In this document: positions 12,170 to 24,201 of the stretch, one piece after another | Position numbering within the stretch: position 1 is the stretch's first letter | How the letters are laid out: every line of letters starts with the position of its first letter | Translations under genes and position numbers: made by a program | Notes under the pieces: generated by a model | What the model saw: the letters and a program-made list of their open reading frames with translations, nothing else | Databases searched by the model: none | What the model was told of the DNA's origin: nothing | Assembly: GCF_000143415.4 (NCBI RefSeq) | Contig: NW_003314373.1 | Span: 452,876-516,875 of the forward strand | Reading direction: 5' to 3' | Length of the DNA stretch: 64,000 bases | Source: Selaginella moellendorffii | Taxonomy: Eukaryota > Plantae > Lycopodiophyta

Positions 12170-12686
12170 TCCGAGATGGACTCGAGATGGATCCGAGTTG
12201 GAGTCCGAAGTGGAGTCTGAGATGGACCCGAGATGGAGTCCGAGTTGGAGTCCGAAGTGGAGTCCGAGATGGACCCGAGATGGAGTCCGAGATGGAGTCC
12301 GAGATGGACCCGAGATGGAGTCCGACATGGACCCGAGATGGAGTCCGAGATGGAGTCCGAGATGGACCCGAGATGGAGTCTGAGATGGACTCGAGATGGA
12401 TCCGAGATGGAGTCCGAGATGGACCCGAGATGGAGTCCGAGATGGACCCGAGATGGACCCGAGATGGAGTCCGAGATGGAGTCCGAGATGGACCCGAGAT
12501 GGAGTCCGAGATGGATCCGAGATGGAGTCCGAGATGGACCCGAGATGGAGTCCGAGATGGAGTCCGAGATGGACTCGAGACCAAGACCGAGACCGAGGCC
12601 GAAGCCGAGACCGAGACCGAGTCCGAGTCCGAAACCGGGACCGAGACCGAGTCCGAGTCCGAGTTCGAGCCTGAGTCCGAGTCCGA
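12170..12686. repeat. Minisatellite within LTR-B: 11/12-mer CCGAGATGGA(GT/C) units followed by 6-mer CCGAG(A/T) units
   Basis: Directly visible. Related arrays at ~10245-10497, ~18042-18547, ~46491-46919 and inverted at ~22085-22335 and ~23610-24046. Confidence 0.95.
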
Positions 12687-15600
12687 ATACTAATACAGGC
12701 AGTTGGGTGAAAGCCCAAAGCAATCGTCCCCCGGGGGGGGGGGGCTGCGGGGGGTTCCAAAAGTATAGTAGGGAGAGTGTGGGGGTTGGAGCCCAGTGGA
12801 GCCAGTTTGGCTAGGAAAGGCCAGTTTGGGCCAGGAAGGCCAGACCCAGTGTTGGGTGATGAGCTGACCACTGGGAAATCCAAGACTAGAGTGAACACGG
12901 ACCGACAAGTGGGGTAGCTTGGTGAAGTGTTCAAGAGCCGGCTCTAATTCCCCCGGGAGATCGACTGGCCGATGCTCCCAGTCCAAGTGTGGGTGGCACT
13001 ACCTACTTGGATACCAGGCGTGGCTCAACGGAACCTCGCTCTAAGCCCATGGCTAAAGCACCCAAGGGCGGAAGGCGGGGAGAGTACCCAGGTGGCTCAC
13101 GTAAGGCCACGGTGTTCCAAAATGTTGTCCCAAAAGCCCAGACTGTGGAAAGGAAGAGGAGCAGTCCTCTGGGGTAGTGACCAAGGACACAGTTGTGTGG
13201 TGAGGAAGTCCCAGAGGACCGTGGGACTTAGTGGTCGGGCCTGTGGGCCTCGATCCAGTGGCAGTGTTGGCAAACACGGTCAGGGGCAGAAAGGGACTTA
13301 GTGGAGACTGACAGAGGGATATTGGGGAAGGCTATTCCCCTTGTCGGTGGGCATCCTAAGGATGCTAAAGAGTGGATCTGAGATGACCACTCACGGATGG
13401 TTTGCCTAGTCTTGGAGAGCCAAGACTGTGATGCAAGTGGTATTAGACTACCAGTGTGGCAAAGGTGATTGGGCATGGCCCTAGCGTAACAGGCTGCCCT
13501 GACGGTGGTACCTTTGTGTGTCGGTCATGGGATCGGACACGTGGAGCACTTGGACCAGGTGCAAGTGTTGAGTGGCATAGATGCCATTCTCGGGGCTAGC
13601 AAGTCCTAAGTCCTGAATTGGACTTATGGAGGTGGTGAATGAGACTCCTCCAAGTGGTCGGAGGTGTGGTTAAGTGACTAAAGTAAAATGGAAAAATTAT
13701 GTCGCTTACAATTTGGTATCGGAGCTGTTCCTTAGTCCGACTTTTATTGGTGCTCAAGTATATCACCATTGATATTGGCATCGGAAGGTCCTAGGAGTGG
13801 TCCTATCCTTGAGGAGTAGCACGTCGAGAGGACATGGCTCTCCACTCGAGTTCATGCATGAACTTGGGCGCGATGTGGTGGATAGAAAAGGGGCCAGTAA
13901 GGGAACGACTTTGGGATCTTGGGAACAGTATATGGTTTTCCTCAAAGAGTTGAGGATGTGACCCAGATGAGCGTTTGACTTAGCAAACTGGCTAATGTAG
14001 TTGTGGTAAACAACTACAGTTGGGATCACGGGAAAGATAAAGACTCCAAAGCAATAAAGGAGTCACAAGATTATCCTCATATAGTTGAGGTTGGTGCTCA
14101 TGAATGTGAGACCAGAAGTAATGACCGTGGGAGGTCAAATACAGAAGAGGACTCAAGTCCTTGAAATGGTAGCCGGGGCTACCTTTAATAAATGCTGGAA
14201 CAACCCAAGGAGTTGGGGGGTGTATTTAGAGATGAGTGGTATTCTCATCACATGGACAAGTAGTCCTAAGGGGCAAAGGTTGCCCCAGAGAACAAAATCA
14301 AGTGTCAGAGTAACACTTGTGAAAATAGTCCTTTTGAGTAGGACAGGAATGCAAGAAGTGTATTCCAGTGAACTAGTGCCTCACAAGTGGGACCTTACGG
14401 GTCTGTGGATTAACCAAGTCCAAAATTACTGGATGACTCAAGTAGAGTCAAGGAATGGTCCTAAAAAGACTGATGGAAGCATTTGGATTGAGGTGTGTTG
14501 TACCCCACGAAGGATGGGGGGGGGGATCATAGGATCCAAGGATGAGAACAGAGGGTATCTCATCGATGGCAAAATGTGCCATGCTAAAGTTATGGGAAAG
14601 GTGTTCCCAGAAGAAAACAACTTTGACACAAAGTTGTGTGTGACCTCTATGGTGTAGTGCTAACGGATGGTTGGCATGAGAAAGAGCGGTGTTGGTCTTG
14701 GCAAAGACTTAGACACAAAGGGGAAGTGTCATAGAGGTAGGCTCGTGGAGCCGATGGTGTGGAGACACCAAATGTGCCAAAGTGTGATACCTTGAGGCTA
14801 TGTTCGTGGGTTCATGAGAACCCCTTGCCAAAGGGATCCCAATGGAAATGGGAATGACATAGCTTAAGCTGCAGAGCATGCAGTTGGAGTGTGGTGACCC
14901 AGATAATGATGGAGGTGTGGAAGCACCAAGCAATGAGTTGTAGGACTTGACAACTATGAGGCAACTAAACAAGAGGTGCAAAATAATTGGTTAAACGGGT
15001 AGAAGGTAGCTACCCAAGACTTCTTAATAGCATAGGGAAGTTGGATATACCCTTACGGGGGATAAGTTGCTTGTGTTGCGATATAGTAAGTCAATGTCAT
15101 AAAAGGAAATACTCATTGTCAAGAAAGCCATCATTGGGACACCCGAACACTCTAAAACACCAGAAGGTGGTGTTTGATGTCGCGAGGGCAATGGATAAGG
15201 CCCAAGGGACTAAGTCCTTAGCGAATGATGGATAGAAGGTGCTATCCAAATGTCCAAGGTTGTGGAGACAAGAGAAGACTGTCTACCCGAGTTGGACAAA
15301 GCCAAAAATGGAACTTTGGCAAGGCTAGTGACGGGCATGTAAAGGCCCATAAGCAACAATGTAATCCCAGTGTGTGGGATTATAAGGTGAGCATACCTGG
15401 ATTGAGGAACCACTCCCTGGGCTATTGAGTAGGTTCATCCCTAAGAATACTTGCTAAGGCATGATAGAAAGTGCAAAGCTATCCTCCTAGTCTGGAGGAG
15501 AATGATCGAAGGAAAGGTGTGAAGCCAAAAGCAAGAAGTAAGGGGATAGAACCGAACCATAGGAATCGAAAGGCATAACCAAGGTTGGTTATGCTAGCTG

Positions 15601-16193
15601 GGAATGGAGAGTCAAGTGGGGGCTCGAGGGTTGTTGCCGCTAGCAACGGTGATGCCATGGAAAGTCTAAAATATGGAATTGTCCGTGTTAGACTATGTGG
15701 CAATTGGAAAGCTTGCAAAAAGGGAGGCCTTAGCAAGCTAAGGGATAGAGTCCCTTCAAGGTTCCCAAAGACGATTCTAGGTAGCTTAGTATCTAAAAAG
15801 GCCAAGCGTAAATGGTTCATAGAACGCGCGAAATCAGAGTGGCGCAGCAAAAGCGTGGTCTTGAAGCTTGCCATGAGGCAAGGCTATCAAGGTTAGGGAA
15901 GTAGTTCCCGAGTGTTCAAAGAGAGGGCTTTGGACGAAAGTCGATGGTCAAGGACTTTCACACTTGTGCAAGAACCATGTTACAGTGGTCAGAGGACTTG
16001 CCAAGCGAGATTGGCAAGTCAGGGGAACAAATACCCTAGTTGAAGGTGACAACTTCAAAAAGGGTGGGCCATGGGGCCAAGCGTGGAGGAGTCCATGCAT
16101 GATCACAGACTTGTCAAGTGAGAGGACTTGACAGTGTGGAGGAACTAGGTTCCTAAGCTGTGATCTATAGCGCGCTTTGAATAAAAGTTGGTG

Positions 16194-16311
16194 CACCGGC
16201 GTGGGGAGTCACGCCAGGCATCCTGGGTGATGCCGTCCGTATACGGAGGTTGGGTTCGAGTCCCGACCCTCTAGTGCTTGGGTTCGAGTCCCAACTCACT
16301 AGAGCGTGGTG
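16194..16311 (+). ncRNA. Putative structured RNA / tRNA-like module with two T-arm (B-box) hairpins inside element B
   Basis: Five consecutive hairpins closed by CACC/GGTG. Two contain GGGTTCGAGTCCC. Expression not known. Confidence 0.5.
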
Positions 16312-19300
16312 ATGGTTTGGAATATGAGGACACTCATTTTTCGGTGGTCATGGACTCTCAGTGTGGAGACTGGTTTGGGCACACCGCCAAGCGAGGGATG
16401 CCTCGGAGTCGTGATGCACGGTTAGATTGCTTAATGTGGCTCAGCATATCTAACTTGAACACTTTGGTGCAAGTGGCACCAAGGACGTGGTGAATGAGAT
16501 GGGGACACCCAGTCTCAGTTGCTATGAACCCTTGGCCGGAAGGGCTGGCTTGGGCGCACCGCCAAGTGTGGGGGATGCCCCCGGGGTCGTAGTTAACAAG
16601 TTAAAGGTCTGGAAGACCTAGTACCTATTGGCAATCCTGTTAAGGTGCCGAAGTGAGATCACTAGGTGATCTTGTGGCTAAATAAGGACAAGGTCCTTGT
16701 TTGGGGTAAGGAATAAGGTCTTTAGTTCAAAGTGTTGATTTGAACTATTGAGGATGGTGTGGCTTGGTCAAGGTGACCAAGTGGGGAAAAGCACATTAGG
16801 GAAATGAGCTATGTCATGGTGATGGCATAGTGTGTCCAAGGAAAGTAGTCTCTATAAGAGACCCATGGGAGGGTCATAAAGTTGGGCCGTGGATAGAGCC
16901 CACAGCAGAAAATGCTAAAGAGACTTACTAGGGGTGAACACCCTAGTCTTGGCAAAGCCGAGCCTTTGCTATGGAATCAAAAGAATACCTCAAGGAGGGA
17001 GGTAGAGATTCGGTGTTGCTTGGTGCAACAATTAACGGATAGGAGCAAAAGATGAGTGGCCAAGATAGGGCCGTGGAATCCCTTGGAAGGAATCCAAGTG
17101 GCAAAGTTAGGCGAGGAACACTAATGTGTTGGATGCTAACAAATTGCGGGAAAGGAAGCGAGTTTCCAAGAATGGATTCTGAATTGCTCCGATTTGGCGA
17201 AAGGGGAAGCTCTGAGGGAGGGAGCGGTAAGGTAGCCAAATGATAGGGCCATGGACAGCCCTAGCACAAAGTATGATAACTGGAACTTAGTGCCCAAGGT
17301 GGCACGAAATAGAAAAGAGGATGATGGTGCCCTCAAGTAGAGAACTTCCTAGGAGGAGGGAGTGGAGTTGCACAATATGTGCAATGCAAGGTGTTGGAGA
17401 CACCTAGGGAATTGACTTCCAAAAGTCAAAGAGTAAAAGTTCCAAGGCGCAAACGTTCAATCAATGGAAATTGAGACTACCCAAGAAGGAGTAGTGGGAT
17501 TGACTTAGAGAAGGGTCTCTAAGAGGTTTAGCGAGAACTAAACCTATAAAAGGAGAGAACCATTACATGTGGTCCAATCAGTCTCTACGTTGGAGAGACT
17601 ACCCTCTTTAAAGGATGGGCAAGGCATGGTGAGCCTTCAATGTCAAACCATTGACGAATATGGAGAAGGCATGGTGAGCCTTCAATGTCAAACCATTGAC
17701 AAATATTGGCTAGGTGCCAAGGATGGAAATGGTAACACATGCGGGTGTTACTTTCTAAAATGGTTTACCGTTCGATGAGGACATCGAACTTCGTTTATGG
17801 GTGGTGGAGTTGTGAGACACAAAACCCCTGGGCCCCAAAGTGGAGCCGGAAGGGTGCCACGTGGTAGTGGCCGAAGCGAAAGCCAAACGAGTGTAACACG
17901 TTTGGGCCAAAAGCTCCGACTTGAAAGGTCGAGAGCGGGAGTGGAACTCCTAACAAAGTGCTCGAGGAATGAGCACGAAGCAAGCAATAAGTGAGGCTCC
18001 AAAAAGGGACCCAAAAGGACCAACATATGACACGTGGAAGTGTCCGAGATGGACTCGAGATGGATCCGAGTTGGAGTCCGAAGTGGAGTCCGAGTTGGAG
18101 TCTGAAGTGGAGTCCGAGATGGACCCGAGATGGAGTCCGAGTTGGAGTCCGAAGTGGAGTCCGAGATGGACCCAAGATGGAGTCTGAGATGGAGTCCGAG
18201 ATGGACCCGAGATGGAGTCCGACATGGACCCGAGATGGAGTCCGAGATGGAGTCCGAGATGGACTCGAGATGGATCCGAGATGGAGTCCGAGATGGACCC
18301 GAGATGGACCCGAGATGGAGTCCGAGATGGAGTCCGAGATGGAGTCCGAGATGGACCCGAGATGGAGTCCGAGATGGATCCGAGATGGAGTTCGAGATGG
18401 ACCCGAGATGGAGTCTGAGATGGAGTCCGAGATGGACCCGAGACCGAGACCGAGACCGAGGCCGAAACCGAGACCGAGACCGAGTCCGAGTCCGAAACCG
18501 GGACCGAGACCGAGTCCGAGTCCGAGTTCGAGCCCGAGTCCGAGTCCAAATACTAATACAGGCAGTTGGGTGAAAGCCCAAAGCGATCGTCCCCCAGGGG
18601 TGGGGGGCTTGCGGGGGGTTCCAAAAGTATAGTAGGGAGAGTGTGGGGGTTGGAGCCCAGTGGAGCCAGTTTGGCCAGGAAAGGCCAGTTTGGGCCAGGA
18701 AGGCCAGACCCAGTGTTGGGTGATGAGCTGACCACTGGGAAGTCCAAGACTAGAGTGAACACGGACTGACAAGTGGGGTAGCTTGGTGAAGTGTTCAAGA
18801 GCCGGCTCTAGTTCCCCCGGGAGATCGACTGGCCGATGCTCCCAGTCCAAGTGTGGGTGGCACTACCTACTTGGATACTAGGTGTGGCTCAACGGAACCT
18901 CGCTCTAAGCCCATGGCTAGGGCACCCAAGGGCGGAAGGCGGGGAGAGTACCCAGGTGGCTCGCGTAAGGCCATGGTGTTTCGAAATGTTGTCCCAAAGG
19001 CCCAAACTATGGAAAGGAAGAGGAGCAGTCCTCTGGGGTAGTGACCAAGGACACAGTCGTGTGGTGAGGAAGTCCCAAAGGACCGTGGGACTTAGTGGTC
19101 GGGCCTGTGGGCCTCGATCCAGTGGCAGTGTTGGCAAACATGGTCAGGGGCAGAAAGGGACTTAGTGGAGACTGACAGAGGGATATTGGGGAAGGTTATT
19201 CCCCTTGTCGGTGGGCATCCTAAGGATGCTAAAGAGTGGATTTGAGATGACCACTCACGGATGGTTTGCCTAGTCTTGGAGAGCCAAGACTGTGATGCAA

Positions 19301-21283
19301 GTGGTATTGGACTACCAGTGTGGCAAAGGTGATTGGGCATGGCTCTAGCGTAACAGGCTGCCCTGACGGTGGTACCTTTGTGTGTCGGTCATGGGATCGA
19401 ACACGTGGAGCACTTGGACCAGGTGCATGTGTTGAGTGGCATAGATGCCATTCTCGGGGCTAGCAAGTCCCAAGTCCTGAATTGGACTTATGGAGGTGGT
19501 GAATGAGACTCCTCCAAGTGGTCGGAGGTGTGGTTAAGTGACTAAAGTAAAATGGAAAAATTATGTCGCTTACACATCTGAGTTGGTGATGCAATTTAGC
19601 ATTCGTTTCCGAAGCCTTTTGCTTCGTGCAAAGCCAAATATGTCAGAGCGGATCAAGTTGGAAATGTTGTGGCTAGCATTTCATCAAGATCTTATAGGAC
19701 TTGTGTATGCACTTACTCCCGCCACTCTTAATGATACCCTTTGCTTGGCACAACATTATAAGACATCATCTCTTCCATTTCTCGCTACATGTCCTTCAAC
19801 TCTACTTTTTGTAGGAGATGGTCTTATTCCAATGGAAGTTGATGTTGTTGCTGCTCAAGTTCAAAGACAAGGGTGAGGATGTGGTTATGGCCGTGATATT
19901 CGTTGTTGGGCATGTGATGAAATTGGTCACACTTATTGGTGTTGTCGGCATTTTTCAGATTAGTAGCCTTCATTTCCTGGGTGGAGACCTTGGTGTCAAC
20001 AATGTCATATTGGTGCTACTGCAATGGAAGGTTTAAATACCGAAATGCATCTAGGAAATAAGGAATCACACGAGTAACAGAGGGACCTTGTGCGAATAAG
20101 TTAATGACCCCTCCATCTTTCTTTTAGGAGTATCATCTAGGAGTTCACTTGGCACCAATTCATTCAATATTTACTTTCCAAGTTCATTTTTATAACAAAA
20201 GGTCTCTTATTATTCTCTCTCTATTGGTTGATACAAGTTCGAGTTTATTTTCTATTGCTCGACTTATTGCTGCATATTGCCATCTATATTTGCATTATAT
20301 AGCAGAGCTAGTTTTCATTCTTTATAACAACGGCCATACACATGCATGTGCACGGGATGAGGCGAACCTAGTTATGAGTGTGGGCAATTTTAAGCTTGGG
20401 TTGCAGTCATTGTTGGTGGTGTCAAATCAAGCTTTTGACTCCATCCTTGATATAGATTGGTTGCAACGCAATCATGCCAAATGTGACTTTCAGGCTTCTC
20501 CCTCTTGTCTCATATTTCTTTATATTTCATTCATTCCTTTTACTTCCGTACCTTTTCATTCTTTTGTTTTTACCTCTACTTCCATTACTTTTATCTCCCC
20601 ATTACTTCCTTCTATGTTTCCATCTTGTTCCACTCTTCCCTTTTCCAATCCCTCTGACGATCTTTGTGTTGTAATGGTTGACTGGCTCATGAATGAGTAT
20701 GTTGATCTCTTTGAATTTGATTTATCATCTAGGACCAAGATTGCTACACATCATTTGATTACAACTAGGGATTCTCGTCCAATTAAAGCTCCTATTCATT
20801 GTCAGTCACCTAGAGAGATCAAAATTTTATTTATAAATATTAAGAAGATGTTGTAAAAAAGTGTTATTCGAAAGTCATAGAATCCTTTGACATGTGAACC
20901 TCATATTGTGATGAAGCTTGATGGGAATACTTTTTTCTGCATCAACTATCGTCCATTAAACGAAGTGACAATCCTGAATGTGTACCCTCTTCCTCACACT
21001 GCTGATCTCTTGGATCATCTTATTAGTTCACCAAGCTAAATCTTGCTTTTGGGTACTGGCAAGTACTAATGGCCAAAGAAAATATTCCTAAGACTGCTTT
21101 TTGTACATCATTTGGTTTGTATGAGTTTTTGGTGATGCCGTTTAGTTTAAACAATGTTCTAGTGACTTTCCAATAGATGATCGACGAAGTTCTTTGCAAT
21201 ATGCCAAAGGTGATTATTGACTTCATTGATGATGTCTTGATCCACTCGGAGGGGACCTACGAGGAACACATTTATGATGTTTG

Positions 21284-22431
21284 TGTAAGCCACAAATTTT
21301 TCCTTTCCAATTTGCCAGCTTACCTCGTCTATCCGTCCAACACTGCCTTGGCTTTTGCTAAGTTCCCTTGCCAAGGTTCTCGCCTATGGTACCAGCTCCT
21401 ACTTGGTTTCAGCTACTCACTGCACGAGCAATGGAGCGTTAGCCATCCTTCCACGGATTCCCAAATCACTCCCAATCCCCCTCCCCGGGTTAGACTGGAC
21501 TTAAGGTTCGGCTACACTCCCCGCAAGCACAAGCAGCCAAGCACACCAAGCTTCCAGGTTCCTAACATCCCTTGGTACCACAAGACTTGATCATGGGACC
21601 CTCTAAATCCCAAGTCTTGAGTGCAACACTTGCTTCGGGACGCCGGGGCGAAACACCGTGGCCTAACGGCCCGGCATGGGTACCTCTCGCCCCCCACTTC
21701 CGTCCCGAAGGAAGGCCCAAGCCCCTAGGAAGGGCGAGGACCAATGAGCCACATGGTACTCAAGTGGGGCACCACTCCACATGAGCCGGGAGCACCGCAA
21801 TCGGTTTCCCTTTCGGGAGTGGGAGCTGCTCTTGAGCACTTCCTTGGATGGCCCCTCCGGCACCAACCAAGTCCATGCTCACTCCCACCCAAGGCCCCTC
21901 GGTCCCAGTCCCAACCTCAAGTCAGTTTGGGAGCCCCACTGGAGAGTCCCTTCTAAACTGGTTCCTAGACCTCACTATCCCTACTATACTTTTGGAACCC
22001 CCTGCAGCCCCCCCCCCCTGGGGGACGCACGCTTTGGGCTTTCACCCCTTGACCCGTATTAGTATTTGGACTTAGTCTCTGGCTCGATCTCGGATTCGAT
22101 TTCGGATCCGACTTCGGATTCGGTCTCGGACTCGATCGCGGACTCGATCTCGGACCCGATCTCGGGCCCGACCTCGGACTCGACTTCGGACTCGGTCTCG
22201 GACCCGATTTCGGATCTCGGACTCCGTCTCGAACTCGGTCTCGAACTCGGACTCGAACTCGGTCCCCGAGTCGGTCTTGGACTCGATTCCGGACTCTATC
22301 TCGAACTCGGTCCTAGAGTCGGTCTTGGACTCGATCTTTGACTTGGTCCCATCCGATGAACTCTTTGTCATTTTGGTCATGCTTTCGGGGTTCCCTTAGC
22401 CTACGACACCTCGGCGAGTTGGTTCCTTACA
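21284..22431 (-). mobile_element. Solo LTR, family A, inverted, inserted in the RT region of the outer gypsy element
   Basis: Reverse complement of 10156-11298, TG...CA ends, perfect TSD GTTTG (21279-83 / 22432-36). RT-like sequence resumes after it. Confidence 0.93.
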
Positions 22432-22612
22432 GTTTGTAAAGTGTTGGATCAGATATGGGAAGTTGGTTTAAGGCTAAAGTGGTCGAAGTGCATGTTTGGG
22501 TCCAAGGACATGACTTATCTTGGGTACTGTACTTCTCATGAGGTTTGCAAATTGATCCTGACAAACTTGTGGTTGTTCTAAATTTCCCTACTTCGAAATG
22601 TGTGAATAATAT

Positions 22613-24201
22613 TGTAAGCGACTAAATTTTCCATTCTACTTTAATCACATAACCACGTCTCTAACCACTTGGAGGAGTCTCACTCACAACCTCCATAAGT
22701 CCTATTCCGAACTTGGGGACTTGCTAGCCCCAAGAATGACATCCATGCCATTCAACTATTGCACTTGGTCCAAGTGCTCCATGTGTCTAATCCCATGATC
22801 AACACCTAAAGGTACCACCAACATATCAGCCTGTTACACTAAGGCCATGCCCATTCATCTTTGTCACACCAATGATCCAACACCACTTACATCATAGTCT
22901 AGTCTCTTAAAGACTAGGCCATCCATCCACGAGTGATCATCCTAGATCCACTATTTAGCTTCCTTATCATGCCCATAGACATAGGGAATAGCCATCTCCA
23001 ATATCCCTTTTTCGGTCCCCACAAAGTCCCTTTCTATCCATATTCGTGTTCGCCAACATTGCCATTGAGTCAAGGCCCACAGGCCTGACCACTAAGTTTC
23101 ATTGTTTTCTAGGACTTCTTCACCATATAACCGTGTCCTTGGTCGCTACACTAGAGGACTGCTCCTCTTCCATTCCATAGTCTGGGACTTTGGGATAGCA
23201 TTTTGAAACACCATGGCCCTACACAAGCCTTGTAGTGTCATTCCTTCCAACTTCTATATCGTGGACGACGCTTCTAGGAGCTTGAAAGATCCACAAAAAC
23301 ATCAAGTTTGCCAGGTATCCAAGTAGGTAGTGCCACCCACACTTGGGAGCATCGACTAATCAATCTCCCGGGAGAGCTAGAATCGGGTTTTAAACACTTC
23401 ATTAAGCTACCCCGCTTGTCTGTCCATATTTACTCTAGTCTTGAACTCCTCAATGGTTTTATTATCATCCACCATGGATATAGCCTTCCTTGGTCACATT
23501 AGCCTTTCCTGGCCAAACTGGCTCCACTGGAGTCCTCCCCTTGTTATACTTTTGGAGCTCACCAAACCCTCTAGGGTTTGAGAGACAAATGTTTTGGGCT
23601 TTCACCCTCGGGCTCAGACTCGGACTTGGACTCAAACTCAAACTTGGGCTTGGGCTCAGGCTCAGACTTGGGCTCGGACTCAAACTCGGACTCAAACTCA
23701 AACTCGGACTCGGGCTTGTGCTCGGGCTCGGACTTGGGCTCGGACTCGGACTCGGACTCAGGCTCGAGCTTGGGCTCGGACTTGGTCCCAGTCTCGGTCT
23801 CGGTCTCAGTCTCGGTCTTGACCTTGGACTCCATCTCAGACTCCATTTCGAACTCCATCTCAGGTCCATCTTGGACTCCATCTTGGGTCCATCTCGAACT
23901 CCATTTTGGACTCCATCTTAAACTCTATCTCAGACTCCATCTCAGGTCTATTTCGGACTCCATCTTAGACTCCTTCTCTGTCCATCTCAGACTCTATCTC
24001 AGACTCCTTTTTGAGTCTATCTCAGACTCCTTCTCGAACTCCATCTTGACACCTCTACGTGTCATGTGTTAGTCCTCTTGTGTCCCTTTTATAAAGACTC
24101 ACTTGGATAGTTGAGCTAACACTCATTTGGCTTCTACTTTGGCCACTACCACGTGGCACCTTTTTGGCTCCACTTTGGGGCCTAAGGATTTATGTCTCAT
24201 A
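22613..24201 (-). mobile_element. Solo LTR, older diverged family B-like copy, inverted
   Basis: Reverse-complement similarity to LTR-B at both ends and in the repeat array. TSD AATAT/GATAT (one mismatch). Confidence 0.85.

Larger units (their letters stand above)
11938..19574 (+). mobile_element. Non-autonomous (LARD-like) gypsy-derived LTR element, family B; LTRs 11938-13710 and 17811-19574
   Basis: Highly similar ~1.77 kb LTRs (TGTGAGAC...CTTACA), perfect TSD CATCT (11933-37 / 19575-79), PBS TGGTATCGGAGC at 13714, PPT-like GGGTGGTGGAGT before 17811. The 4.1 kb interior has no intact gag/pol ORF, only faint remnants. Inserted into gag of the outer element. Confidence 0.92.

Noticed and set aside
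12856-12878. Hammerhead ribozyme (retrozyme) core in LTR-B, GTGATGAG...GGAAA
   Set aside because: Lacks the invariant CUGANGA, and the GAAA is GAAG in the other copies.
11851-12934. Long overlapping ORFs of repetitive peptides (MESEMDPRW, SISDSISG, LGLGLG), also at 17.7-18.9, 23.5-24.1 and 46.3-47.2 kb
   Set aside because: By-products of a stop-poor minisatellite inside LTRs; open in many frames, with frames not conserved between copies.
16194-16311. A genuine tRNA gene
   Set aside because: No 7-bp acceptor stem, no 5-bp/7-nt anticodon arm, and two T-arms; kept only as a tRNA-like structure.
17621-17710. 45-bp tandem duplication in the element B interior
   Set aside because: Real, but consistent with ordinary slippage in non-coding TE sequence.
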